Assembly (NCBI RefSeq): GCF_001194135.2 | Contig: NC_068981.1 | Location: forward strand, 58,676,251 to 58,725,622 | DNA from: Octopus bimaculoides | Taxonomy: Eukaryota | DNA: 49,372 nt | Direction: 5' to 3' | Shown: positions 35,901 through 47,472 of the stretch, piece after piece | How the letters are laid out: the number at the start of each line of letters is the position of its first letter | Position numbering within the stretch: position 1 is the stretch's first letter | Program-made: the position numbers and the translations under genes | The notes under the pieces: generated by a model | Told to the model about the DNA's origin: nothing | The model's input: the letters and a program-made list of their open reading frames with translations, nothing else | Databases searched by the model: none

Positions 35901-38900
35901 CTAACATTTGTGAAGTAAGTTTTTCCCTTTGAGTATATTTTATTGCTACTGTCCCTGTAAAAAAATATTACTGTTGTGTGTCTTGCTGCAACAGTCAGTG
36001 CTACTGTTGATGTCATTTACTGCTGCTGACCGTTAGACTATTGTTGGTGTTGCTGTTGGTTTCGTTACTGCTGTTGTTAGAGTTGTCATAGAATAATGTT
36101 ATAGCAATTTGGTGGTGGTATTATTGTTTGTAGGTTTTTTGCTGACATAAATGTGAGCGGCAACTGTCACGTATGGTTGACTACTATGACGGGTTGTTTG
36201 AGCATGAAAAAGCTAATACATTTTCTCCTATAACCAATCTTTTATTTAAACCTGTGTTCGTCATCTTATGAAAAAAGATTGATTGAAAATATATATCTGA
36301 AAATGCTTTTGGAATAGGTGAAAAGCCTATTTTGCAATTGAAACAGTGAAACTTTCCCAGAAGACACTTGGATACATTCACAAGACAATAGTTACAATTT
36401 CAGTGGCCAAAAACAGCAAAAGAAAAGTGTATTTAGAGAAAACTCACTAGTGATGATTGAAACGTGGATTCCACGTCCAATGACAAATAATAATAATAAT
36501 AATTATAATAGTAATAATAATAATAATCTATATTATAATGGAGAGAGCTGCTTATTAATTAGGTTACTAAAGTAGGTGACAGTTTAGGTTACTAAAGTAG
36601 GTGACAGTTTAAGTTACAAAATTAGGTAACAGTTACTAAAAGTACTAAAAGAAAGCAATTATTAAAGGCTTGACCATCTGGAAATATTTCTATAAATTCA
36701 TGTTCTAAGAAATTTCCTATATAATGTCCATTTCTGAAGTTTATTCAATTTTTGAACTCCAATTTTACACAAATTTAAATATTCATTACATTCACTGCGG
36801 AATAGATTTTAATGTTTAATAATAAGCAAAATTTATTTGTTGCAGTCGAGATTTTCCATTTTCATTCTCTCATTCTCTCTCGCCTCTATTTTCATTAATG
36901 ATAATTTAATAATAGCTGTATAACTTTAATACAAGGCACAATTTCAAGAATATTACCAGTTTCCAGAGTTTGTTAAAATGAATATTTTTGATAAAATGAT
37001 AATTTTTAATATACCAGTATAAAAAAAAAAAAAGTGATTTTGTTGTTATGGCTGTTTGGAATGCTACAAGCCTTACAATAATAACTATCTGGACCATTTT
37101 TGGCCATTTTTAAAAAAATTAAAAACCATGAGAGGAGACTTTTCAGTAAAAAAACAAAAAAATAAAAACNNNNNNNNNNNNNNNNNNNNNNNNNNNNNNN
37201 NNNNNNNNNNNNNNNNNNNNNNNNNNNNNNNNNNNNNNNNNNNNNNNNNNNNNNNNNNNNNNNNNNNNNNNNNNNNNNNNNNNNNNNNNNNNNNNNNNNN
37301 NNNNNNNNNNNNNNNNNNNNNNNNNNNNNNNNNNNNNNNNNNNNNNNNNNNNNNNNNNNNNNNNNNNNNNNNNNNNNNNNNNNNNNNNNNNNNNNNNNNN
37401 NNNNNNNNNNNNNNNNNNNNNNNNNNNNNNNNNNNNNNNNNNNNNNNNNNNNNNNNNNNNNNNNNNNNNNNNNNNNNNNNNNNNNNNNNNNNNNNNNNNN
37501 NNNNNNNNNNNNNNNNNNNNNNNNNNNNNNNNNNNNNNNNNNNNNNNNNNNNNNNNNNNNNNNNNNNNNNNNNNNNNNNNNNNNNNNNNNNNNNNNNNNN
37601 NNNNNNNNNNNNNNNNNNNNNNNNNNNNNNNNNNNNNNNNNNNNNNNNNNNNNNNNNNNNNNNNNNNNNNNNNNNNNNNNNNNNNNNNNNNNNNNNNNNN
37701 NNNNNNNNNNNNNNNNNNNNNNNNNNNNNNNNNNNNNNNNNNNNNNNNNNNNNNNNNNNNNNNNNNNNNNNNNNNNNNNNNNNNNNNNGGATAAATGCCA
37801 GCAATGACCTTCTCAGGTTCTTCAGTAATTTATAAACAAACAATTGGGGGCAGGGAATGGGGTTGCAAAAAATTCATAATTTTTCTAATTTTCTTTTCTT
37901 TAGCTTATAACTGTATTTATGGGGAGAAAAATATTGAAAAACAGAAAGTACAGAAAGAAGGAAAAATTTTAATTCAAAATGGTGCTATGCTTGCGGAGAT
38001 CAACATTTGAGGAAAGATTGCCCCTTTAAAGATAAAACTTGTTTTAAGTGTGGTAAAATTGGACATATATAGACGAAATGCCGGTCAAAGAAAATGGTAA
38101 AACAGAAGAAAGTCTACTCAACAAAAGTAAATTATACCAGACAAAACCAAAAATTTGTGTTGGTAGAAATAAACGGGTTTTAGACCAAAATGCAATTAGA
38201 TACCAGTTCAGACGTATCGATAATAAATATGGCAACATGGAGTAAGATAGGCAGGCCATTGTATAAAAAAACTACTAGGATAGCCCACGGTGTGTCAGGG
38301 GAACAAGTTAAATTCTTGGGCGAAATTTCACCAGAAATAAAACTTTAAAACAGGACGCAGAAATGTAAACTAATGGTATCTAAGAATACAATGTATCTGT
38401 TCAGGACAGATTTAATGGAAGGATTCGACCTGTGGGATCTATCACTGAATACATTATATAACAAGGTGAATGCGTCACAGTCCATGTCAGAGAAAGCATC
38501 TGAAAAAATGAAATTAAAATTGAAAAAGATGTATCCTGATATGTTTTCAAAAGAGCTCGGTATGTGTAAAAAAATTAAAGTAAAGTTTGAGTTGAAAGAA
38601 AATGCGGTGCCGGTGTGCAAACCGAAAAGGAATGTACCTTTTGTGGCATTAAATCAAACTAAGAAGGAATTAAAAAGATTGGAAGACATGGAAGTAATTG
38701 AAAAAGTAGACTACTCTGAGTGGGCGGCTCCTATGGTATATATAAAAAAGAAGAACAATGAGGTAAGAGTGCGGACTTCTCAACTGGTCTTAAAGATTGT
38801 TTAAAAAATTACAATTATCCGCTTCCAAACCCAGAAGAAATATTTGCTAAGTGCAATGGTGGGAAACTTTTTTCCAAGCTGGATTTGTCAGAGACCTACC

Positions 38901-41900
38901 TCCAATTACTAGTAGATGAAGAATGTGCTAAAGTNNNNNNNNNNNNNNNNNNNNNNNNNNNNNNNNNNNNNNNNNNNNNNNNNNNNNNNNNNNNNNNNNN
39001 NNNNNNNNNNNNNNNNNNNNNNNNNNNNNNNNNNNNNNNNNNNNNNNNNNNNNNNNNNNNNNNNNNNNNNNNNNNNNNNNNNNNNNNNNNNNNNNNNNNN
39101 NNNNNNNNNNNNNNNNNNNNNNNNNNNNNNNNNNNNNNNNNNNNNNNNNNNNNNNNNNNNNNNNNNNNNNNNNNNNNNNNNNNNNNNNNNNNNNNNNNNN
39201 NNNNNNNNNNNNNNNNNNNNNNNNNNNNNNNNNNNNNNNNNNNNNNNNNNNNNTAACAATCAAAACTCATAAAGGTCTGTACCGTTTCAAAAGACTGCCA
39301 TTTGGGGTAAAGGTTGCATCAGCAATATTTCAGCAAGTGATGGATATTATGCTAGCAGATTGTGAGTTTGCGGTCCCATACTTGGATGACATATTGATCA
39401 AAAGTGAATCAAGGGACCAACATATTGAACATATAGAAGAGGTTTTCAAACGAATATGTGATTACGGGTTTAGAGTAAGGGAGGATAAATGTGAATTTTT
39501 CTTGACAAAAATAAAGTACTTAGGACAGGTGATCGATGAAAACGGATGAAAACCGGACCGTTCTAGGATCAACGCGATAAAAAAAATGCCTGCTCCCACT
39601 AACAAAACAACACTACAAGCATTTTTAGGTTTGGTAAGTTATTACCAGTTGTACATACCTAAAATGTATGAGCTAAGAGCTCTGTTGAATAAGTTGCTAA
39701 AGAAGGACTCAAAATGGAGCTGGACAAACGAATGTCAGAAATCATTCGAGGAACTAAAAAAGTGGTTAACATCAGAGTTATCATTAACTCATTTTGACTC
39801 AAACCTGAAAATAATTGTGGCATCAGATGCCAGTGAATATGGTATAGGAGTTGTGATATTGCATAAATTTAATGATGGTAAAACCAAAGCTATTGCACAA
39901 GCATCGAGAGTTCTATTAACAGCGGAAAGAAACTACAGCCAGATTGAAAAAGAGGCGTTATCATTAATCTTTGCAGTAAAAAAATTCCATAAATTCTTAC
40001 ATGGGAGGAAGTTTACACTGCAAACGGATCACCAACCGTTATTATCTATTTTTGGTTCGAAAAAGAGTATCCCCCACGCACTCAGCAAACCGCTTACAAC
40101 GCTGGGAGACTACTCTGTTGAACTACGATTTTCAGATGGAGTTTTTGCCATCAATGAAAATGGGACATGCAGACGGGTTGTCTAGGCTGATTCCTTAATA
40201 TGAGGAACCTTTTGAAGACATGGTGATTGCGTCGTTAAAACTAGAAATGGAACTGAAGAACATTTTGTGTAATGTAGTACTTGATTTGCCAGTAACGCTG
40301 GATGAAATTAAATTGAAAGTGGGAAAGGATAGGTTCATAAATAAGATTTTAAAAATGTTGAGNNNNNNNNNNNNNNNNNNNNNNNNNNNNNNNNNNNNNN
40401 NNNNNNNNNNNNNNNNNNNNNNNNNNNNNNNNNNNNNNNNNNNNNNNNNNNNNNNNNNNNNNNNNNNNNNNNNNNNNNNNNNNNNNNNNNNNNNNNNNNN
40501 NNNNNNNNNNNNNNNNNNNNNNNNNNNNNNNNNNNNNNNNNNNNNNNNNNNNNNNNNNNNNNNNNNNNNNNNNNNNNNNNNNNNNNNNNNNNNNNNNNNN
40601 NNNNNNNNNNNNNNNNNNNNNNNNNNNNNNNNNNNNNNNNNNNNNNNNNNNNNNNNNNNNNNNNNNNNNNNNNNNNNNNNNNNNNNNNNNNNNNNNNNNN
40701 NNNNNNNNNNNNNNNNNNNNNNNNNNNNNNNNNNNNNNNNNNNNNNNNNNNNNNNNNNNNNNNNNNNNNNNNNNNNNNNNNNNNNNNNNNNNNNNNNNNN
40801 NNNNNNNNNNNNNNNNNNNNNNNNNNNNNNNNNNNNNNNNNNNNNNNNNNNNNNNNNNNNNNNNNNNNNNNNNNNNNNNNNNNNNNNNNNNTGCTTACGA
40901 ACCACATGGTTCTGGGTTCAGTCCCACTGCGTGGCACCTTGGGCAAGTGTCTTCTACTATAGCCTCAGGCCGACCAAAGCCTTGTGAGTGGATTTGGTAG
41001 ATGGAAACTGAAAGAAGCCCATCGTATATATGTATATATATACGTGTGTGTGTGTGTGTGTGTGTGTATGTTTGTGTGTCTGTGTTTGTCCCCCAACATC
41101 ACTTGACAACCAAGGCTGGTGTGTTTACGTCCCCGTAACTTAGCGGTTCAGCAAAAGAGACCGATAGAATAAGTACTAGGCTTACAAAGAATAAGTCCTG
41201 GGGTCGATTTGCTCAACTAAATGTGGTGATCCAGCATGGCTGCAGTCAAATGACTGAAACAAATAAAAAAGTAAGCAATTTGAGAGACTGGTAAAACAGT
41301 GTAGGGGATGCGCTATGGCAGCAAAGGCGCCCCCAGTGCAGATTCAGCTGTGGCCAAAAATGGATTCGGCATGGTCTAGACTACTTGTGGATTTTGCAGG
41401 ACCAATAAATGGCTCTCATTATATCATTGTGGTAGATAGCTATTCCAAATGGCCTGAAGTGTGTAAATGTTCAAGGCCAACCACAAGTGTGACTATTGAC
41501 TTCTTGAAAGAACTGTTTGCTTGTTATGGAGTGTCAGATATGATCGTGTCAGATAATGGTACACAATTCATGGCAAGGAGTTCGAAAGATTCTGTAAGTC
41601 GGTTCAAATGAAGCATGTGTTAACTCCACCATAACATCCAAGGTCAAATGGGTTAGCGGACAGATTCATCGACACATTCAAGAGAGCCTTAAGGAAGACC
41701 AGACGGGAAATCCTTGAAAATACAAATATGACAAAGTTTTTGCAGGTGTATAGAATAACACCAAATCCAAATGCAGAGTTAGGTAGGTCACCCATAGATT
41801 TGATGTTTTCCAGAAAAATTTGTTCTAGTTTTTAAAAATGGTTGCCGAGCAGGAAACAGAAAATAGAAAATTCGGGAAGAAAAACGAAATTTTTTTTTAC

Positions 41901-44466
41901 ACAGGTGACAAAATGTATTTTAAAATATATAGTAATGGAAAACAGGACTGGGAACAAGGAAGTATAACTGGACGTCTGGGTAAAGTGATGTACATGGTAA
42001 AAGGACCAAAATATGAACACAGAAGGCATTTAAACCAATAAAAAAAAAGATATACCAAAAACCAAGAGAGGTGAGAAGAACCAATGGATTCATGGTATGA
42101 TTTGTTCGAGGTCCCAGAACGACAAGGAAAAGCAGAACCGACATGTAGGTCAAACAGGAAGAGAAAACCTACAGAAATTATGGAAATTAACGCTAAGAGA
42201 AAAAGATATGCTAATTTCTCACCGAGGAAATAAAATTGATAAATTCAGGTTTAAAAAACTCAAAAGGGGGAGGTGTTGTGTCGACGCCCCCAGACGATGA
42301 AGTAGGCTAGCTCAATACGTAGATATAGAGGGGGAAGTCTAGACGTTGTGGTAGTTGAGTAGAGGTCATCCGAACGTGCAATATAACAGTAATAGAGAAA
42401 CGAAAATAAAACTTTGGAAACAGCAACACTACCATAACTTATGTGGAAACCATGAGCATGCTTTCAAGGGAGATAATCAGAGAAAGACTTGAAAGTGAAC
42501 GTAAGATTGTAACACTTCATGTAAAGTTAAGTAAATATAACAAATAATCCAGAATCTTTGTCCGGTACTGGATCAATCCCCAAATCTAATCAGTTTGTAC
42601 CAGCCACAAGGTCAAATATCCCTGAAAGTTTCATCCAAATCCATCCAGTAGTTCTTGAGATATCATGTCCACAGACAAACAAACAAACATGACTGAAAAC
42701 AATAACTCCACCTTAGCGAAGGTAGAGGTAATAATAATACAGTTGACAGTGGAAGAATGAGAGAGGCTGGGTATAGAGAGAAAGAGAAAGAGAGGAGGAC
42801 GTTTGGTTGAGTAGGTTGTAAGAGTGTGGGGTAGGTGTAGTAAATGAGAAGGGAGAAGGAGAGATATATGGTAGTGAGGAGTGAAAATTTGGTGGTAGTG
42901 AAGGAAGGTGGTCAATGTCATATGTTAATGGAAAGGGCAGTAGTAAGAATGAAAGATGGATAACAGGTGAAATTGTTCCCAGTAACAAGGATAAGAGACA
43001 TGTTTGTGATGCATGTAGTTCTGTTCACATTTAATTACAACAACAGAATAGTGCAGTTAAAGAAATGATTGGTGGTGGGAATGTCTAGAGAAAGAATTTG
43101 GGGAAAGAGACAGTCCCATCTGATAGGAACAAAAATATGCAAAATATACACCTGTCTTACATTGTTCCATTTAACTCAATCATTTATTTGGTCTTCTTTC
43201 TTTTTAAATTCATTGGTGAATTATCTTTATTAAATTCTTGATGAGAACAATAGGATCTGGGCTCTTTTCTGCTTACATTTATTAGAAGAGCTGAACTTAG
43301 TATTGAATGCTAATGAAGCATTTGTCAACTTTATAAGGCTGTTGCTACACAGAAGCGAGTCACTAGTTTTCTAGCTGTGGTATATAGTTAATGCTTTATC
43401 TCATTCAACCAACTGCATATGGTAGAATTATTTCAGAACAGACAAAAATCCAACATATTCAGGAGGCATGATCTATAAGCTATTCCTAATATTTGCTCGG
43501 CCATCTTTGTGTCACAAATCTGCGCAACAGCAACAAAAACAGCAGAATGAAGAAATTACTCTGGTGAAGCTTGAATCATAAAAAATAGCAATCAAATCAC
43601 TTCATATACCTCACCATCTTCTGTTACGTCCTTGGTGAGATGACCATAGCTGGAATGCTTTACTTTATAGATAAGCTCAATATATGCAACAGTGAAAAAA
43701 ATTGAAAAGAAAAATATTTTTCCCCTTCTTACCTGTACAGGTGAATCTCGACAGTGAGCTCCACCCCAAACTCCTCGATAAGGATCTGGATTCATAGTCT
43801 GAAAGAAAATGTTGAATGAAATAGACTTAAATAAATGAACATACTTAGTAAATTGTATAAGAGAGTTAGCCATTACTCCCAAGAAGTATGGCTTGGTAAT
43901 ATGCATCATGCTTTCTCTAATTGTTTTATGTGCTTCTGCAGTCACAAGCAGACATATGCATTCTCTTGATTCTCTTACCCTATGAGCCAACAGCACATCC
44001 AGGATGTGACAGCTGGAGGGAGAGAGACAACTGCATTAGTACTTGGTAGGTACTCATTTTCAATTGAGTAGACTGGAGCAATGTGGAATTGCTCAAGGAC
44101 ACAATGTACTGTTTGGTCTAGGAACTGAACCCATAACATTAGGATCATGAGTCAAACATCCTAAGTACAAGGCTATTGCACCTTCACATAGTAAACCATA
44201 TTTCAACGTAATTAAGTAAACAGTTGGATCCAAGAAACTAGTGATGATCTGTATCAGTATATAGTGAGTATAGCCAATTCAAAAATGGAATAAATTGGTT
44301 ATTGTGATGGCTGTGAACCTAATTCACCTGGTGTCATCAGAAAACAATCATTTCTGATGAAGAGTTCTGCCCAAAATGATAGCATTAACCTATTCTTCAT
44401 AGCAAGCTGATTCATTTTACTGTTGAATTGCATATATTGGTCACTAAACTTTGAATACCTGAGAGA

Positions 44467-44565
<99 letters not shown>

Positions 44566-47472
44566 TGATAGTTATAGCTATGTCTAGAAACGCTACATTT
44601 AGAAGTGAGGTAGTCCTAAAAAGAACCTGAAAATCCTGCTCCTTCGTTAATTTCAGACATGACTTAATTGTCCCCTTTTAAAAATCACTTCAGCTTCTCT
44701 GGTCATTGTTTCAGTAAACACAATCACTGTTTCTCTGCCTACATTTTATCTTTTGGTACACACTGTCTTCTACACAACCACTTTCTACTTTGTCTTCTTA
44801 CATGAACATCGTATCTAAGTATTTATAACTGCCTTCAAAATTTTTCTTAGTCTTCTTCTAGTTAAAATTCTATTATCAAAGTAAAATGATGAAAGAAACA
44901 AATAAAAATAAATACTAAGGAAATTTTACAGTGTAGTTACACTGACCTGATGAATACCAAAGCCAGTAGGCACATTATATCGCCATGTCCCCAAAGCAGT
45001 CAGTCCCATTAAATAAGGGCTAGCTCCATGGTAAGCATTTCTAGAGAAACAAAAATAAAATTCAATAAATCACTAAATTAACAAATCAATTTTCTGCTGA
45101 AGGGAGTGACAGAATATTAGGTTAGATTTAGGTGTGTAGGTAGTGGAGAAGAATTATTTTATGTTTAATAAGCATTTTTGAATCATCAATTACACACTGG
45201 ATGTAAAGTTCTTTTTGTTGCTTATTCCCCAAGCAAGCTCATTATCAATGATGACCACCATGTCCTTTTAGTGGTACATAAACACCACATTATTCAATGT
45301 AATCTTCCATTTCTTTCTTTCTTCTTATTTTGAAGGCAGTAAGGTGTGATTTGAAGGAAACTTTGGCTGCTATTGTAGCAGGTTGAACAACCATGTCAAG
45401 GTTCACTTGATAGCTTGTCAGATTTGTAATTTTGTGCTTGGTTCTATCAAGTTTGATTAATAATTGAATTTTTCTACTACAGGCACAAGGCCTGAAATTT
45501 GGTGGGTTCTAGTCAATTACATTGATCCCAGGGCTCATATGGTACTTATTCCATTGACCCTGATAGGATGAAAGGCAAAGTTGACCTTGGCAGTTTGTCT
45601 AGTGTACTAACAATTCTACTAGCTTGCCATCTTAATTATAATAATAAGTTCTCACATAGTCATAAGATCAGATATTGTGGGAAATAGAACAGCTGATTGA
45701 ATCAACCCCAACTCTAGTACTTGACTGGTAACTATTTTATCGACTGTGGAAGGACGAAAGGAAAGCTGACTTCAGTGGAATTTGAATTTAGAATGTATAT
45801 AATTTTGTCAGATACTCTAATGATTCTGCCAACCCATTACAAAAATAGCAACAACAATGACAATTCCTTACATTAGCACAAACCATATATTTATAGGAGT
45901 ATTCCTTTATGTACTGTTATTATTTGTCAGTATGTACTAGTGTAAACTGTTTCCCAGCAGAGATCAACCATTAAATTGGTACATAACTTTGTATTGGTAC
46001 ATAACTTCTACTCTAATTCATGACTGGAGACCCTGCAAGCAACTGAGCTACTTTCAAAAATCAAAGCAGTGGTTAGCAGCAACTAATATGTAGTGGTTTC
46101 CTTCTCTGTTTCCTGTAGTCAAATCTATACCCAAGCCACTGTCACTACCACCATCTACTGACACACAAACTATAAGCCAATGTGGGAGTCTCTATGTGAT
46201 CAACAAACCTGCTAGAATATGCAGCTAAAGTCACATCAAATCACATACCACCATTAGCTTAATGGAATGATGTGATTTGATAATGCAGATAATGGTTATG
46301 CTATGTTTGAAACAGATGAGACGTTTATGGCTGGAATGTCTTTGATAATAGACATTCTAATCCTCATCAATTAGCTCTGTAAATAGCACTCCTGAGGCAA
46401 GTTTTCAAATTCAATGACTGCTGTGCTTTCAGCTACACTGCAAATCTCCTTCTAAACTTTTTTTCTTCACTCTACTAGTTTCCTACATACACATCCACCA
46501 AGTGGAAAAATTCTTTTGTATGCTCTGACCAAACAATGCAACCTGTCATACTGTGCCCCATCTATTTTGAAATCAAGCAAACAATATCTAGCTCTATTCT
46601 CGTCAAGATCTTCAATTTATTTCTCTAAGTTACCAAGTAAACTTCATTAACTCTTCATTTCCTATACGACACATTATAGTACAGGACTGCATCAGCCAGC
46701 TGGTCCTGAAATGCATGATATCACAAGAATCCTACTAATCTTGTTTATATCCATTTTGAAGGGAGAAAATTCTAACCCCTTCTCCTATCATTCATTTCTG
46801 TTCTGTAACAAAATCATTACAAGACTGAGTTTTTGATTTCAGAACCATCATTCCTCAATGACCACCAATATATAACTGCTGTAGAACTAAATCTACTAGA
46901 AACTGGATTTTCTATATTCTCACCAGTGACGTTTTTATTCTGGAAAACTTTACCGAAAGCCAGAAGCTTTTCATGCCAGATATAGTCTTTGACTGTATCT
47001 GACAAGAAAAGTTTCTAGCTAACCAAGCTGTCCATGAACTTCTCTCTAACATTCATATCAACTCTGATGTAGCTCCTATGTTTAGTAATATCTCATGCTT
47101 TCTTCTTTCTGTATGCCAACAATCTTTTTACTCTTACATTTGATTTCAGAACATGAAAAAGACACAATTTTTATCCAGTATTCTACCAATTCTGCTATCC
47201 ACAATCTATTTACAATAAGAAATATTGATAAGTTCATTTCATATGAATGAATAATTAATTTCTAGATATCTTTTCTCTTTATCCAAACTGAATCTGTCTT
47301 TGAGGCTTGCATAAAATATTCAAGAAAATTGTGAAGCAATTTCAGGTATGAATTGTTGACAATGGTTCACCACCCACCTTAGTCCAATGATTTCAAAGGT
47401 CCCAGTGTACATGCGGGCCATGAACATGGCCAAATCATTGGCTTCAGAACCACTGTTTGTAAAATAAACAAC
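26849..47472 (-). CDS. AGXT2: Alanine--glyoxylate aminotransferase 2 (class III PLP aminotransferase), 3' partial: 10 exons, 353 aa
   Basis: Exons 47472-47378, 45040-44947, 43798-43733, 34060-33929, 32877-32785, 31437-31365, 30566-30418, 28960-28811, 28301-28203, 26959-26849. All GT-AG with consistent phases. Motifs: [16 protein letters not shown]2-typical [28 protein letters not shown] (PLP lysine codon 30555-30553), [28 protein letters not shown]-terminal exons are outside the window. Confidence 0.96.
27620..27960 (+). mobile_element. RTE-like LINE 3' fragment in the last AGXT2 intron
   Basis: [11 protein letters not shown]..., RRPRKT; homologous to 21020-21435. Confidence 0.65.
28203..28301 (-). 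CDS. AGXT2: AGXT2 exon ([33 protein letters not shown])
   Basis: ttatttcAG acceptor, GTGAGT donor; 99 nt. Confidence 0.93.
28811..28960 (-). CDS. AGXT2: AGXT2 exon ([10 protein letters not shown]...[17 protein letters not shown])
   Basis: ttattgtAG acceptor, GTAAGA donor; 150 nt. Confidence 0.94.
30418..30566 (-). CDS. AGXT2: AGXT2 exon ([19 protein letters not shown]...GSAVLK)
   Basis: aatttcAG acceptor, GTAAGT donor; 149 nt; contains the PLP lysine. Confidence 0.95.
30912..31237 (-). mobile_element. Well-preserved tRNA-derived SINE family C with intact Pol III boxes and a 10-bp TSD
   Basis: A box TGGCTCAGTGG (31229-31219), B box GAGTTCGATTCC (31186-31175), core gtgttcttgagcaagacact; cacaacaaca at 30902-30911 and 31238-31247. 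Confidence 0.88.
31365..31437 (-). CDS. AGXT2: AGXT2 exon ([24 protein letters not shown])
   Basis: cttatttAG acceptor, GTAAAA donor; 73 nt. Confidence 0.93.
32010..32210 (-). mobile_element. Family A tail copy (diverged)
   Basis: ctagcatggggtgga...ttctatggctggatgcccttcctaac. Confidence 0.65.
32785..32877 (-). CDS. AGXT2: AGXT2 exon ([31 protein letters not shown])
   Basis: ttttaatAG acceptor, GTAAGT donor; 93 nt. Confidence 0.93.
33929..34060 (-). CDS. AGXT2: AGXT2 exon ([18 protein letters not shown]...CFFAESMQ)
   Basis: ctatttcAG acceptor, GTAAAG donor; 132 nt. Confidence 0.93.
34495..34700 (-). mobile_element. Family A tail copy (diverged)
   Basis: ttccatgctggcatgggttgg...gatgcacccttcctaatgccaaccac. 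Confidence 0.7.
34916..35070 (+). mobile_element. Family A tail copy
   Basis: ggcgttaggaaggacatccagctgtagaaacactgccagatcag...(GAT)n. Confidence 0.85.
36561..36635. repeat. 25-bp tandem repeat x3
   Basis: aggttactaaagtaggtgacagttt at 36561 and 36586, degenerate third copy at 36611. Confidence 0.9.
40892..41275 (+). mobile_element. SINE family B, near-complete copy nested in the gypsy integrase
   Basis: B-box-like ggttcagtccc, internal (TA)n(TG)n, tail gactgaaacaaataaaaaag; the integrase frame (RLVKQCRGC) resumes immediately after. Confidence 0.88.
42274..42428 (+). repeat. 3' LTR of the gypsy element (155 bp)
   Basis: Polypurine tract aaaagggggagg (42262-42273) abuts TGTTG; ends CAACA; AATAAA at 42405-42410. 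No second LTR is visible to confirm it. Confidence 0.7.
42540..42738 (+). mobile_element. Putative Helentron-associated non-autonomous element (HINE/DINE-1-like)
   Basis: (ACAA)n microsatellite 42671-42689, then terminal hairpin ctccacctt-agcg-aaggtagag (42706-42727) and gtaataat. Confidence 0.55.
43733..43798 (-). CDS. AGXT2: AGXT2 exon ([22 protein letters not shown])
   Basis: ttttctttcAG acceptor, GTAAGA donor; 66 nt. Confidence 0.93.
44050..44195 (-). mobile_element. SINE family C fragment
   Basis: gactggagcaatgtg...gctcaaggacacaat... Confidence 0.6.
44461..44561. repeat. (GA)n microsatellite with periodic GACA interruptions
   Basis: Directly visible. Confidence 0.95.
44947..45040 (-). 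CDS. AGXT2: AGXT2 exon ([31 protein letters not shown])
   Basis: tttctctAG acceptor, GTCAGT donor; 94 nt. Confidence 0.93.
45465..45840 (-). mobile_element. Two adjacent decayed SINE family D copies
   Basis: Both carry gatgaaaggcaaagttgac / gacgaaaggaaagctgac, the reverse complement of the 20151-20366 body. Confidence 0.65.
47378..47472 (-). CDS. AGXT2: AGXT2 exon ([32 protein letters not shown])
   Basis: tgttccAG acceptor, GTGGGT donor; 95 nt. Confidence 0.93.

Larger units (their letters stand above)
37930..42428 (+). mobile_element. Ty3/gypsy LTR retrotransposon (Mag / K02A2.6-like), 5' part missing, decayed, antisense in an AGXT2 intron
   Basis: Gag knuckles [13 protein letters not shown] (37983-38021) and [13 protein letters not shown] (38040-38081); protease [10 protein letters not shown] (38196) in the same frame; RT WAAP..., YLDD (39379-39390); RNase H DAS...[13 protein letters not shown]; integrase C..C, VDFAG, SDNG, NGLADRF; domain order PR-RT-RH-IN. 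Confidence 0.95.

Noticed and set aside
36561-36635. Short direct repeats as a possible CRISPR array (also 20744-20863)
   Set aside because: The units are contiguous with no unique spacers, and the context is eukaryotic with no cas genes.
37056-40987. Long ORFs of 110-260 aa in the ORF track
   Set aside because: They consist mostly of X from N gaps and are artefacts.
42740-43080. Strand-asymmetric purine/pyrimidine-rich tracts (also 2240-2520, 23690-24120, 35070-35270)
   Set aside because: Probably decayed LINE or low-complexity sequence; I could not assign a family or function.
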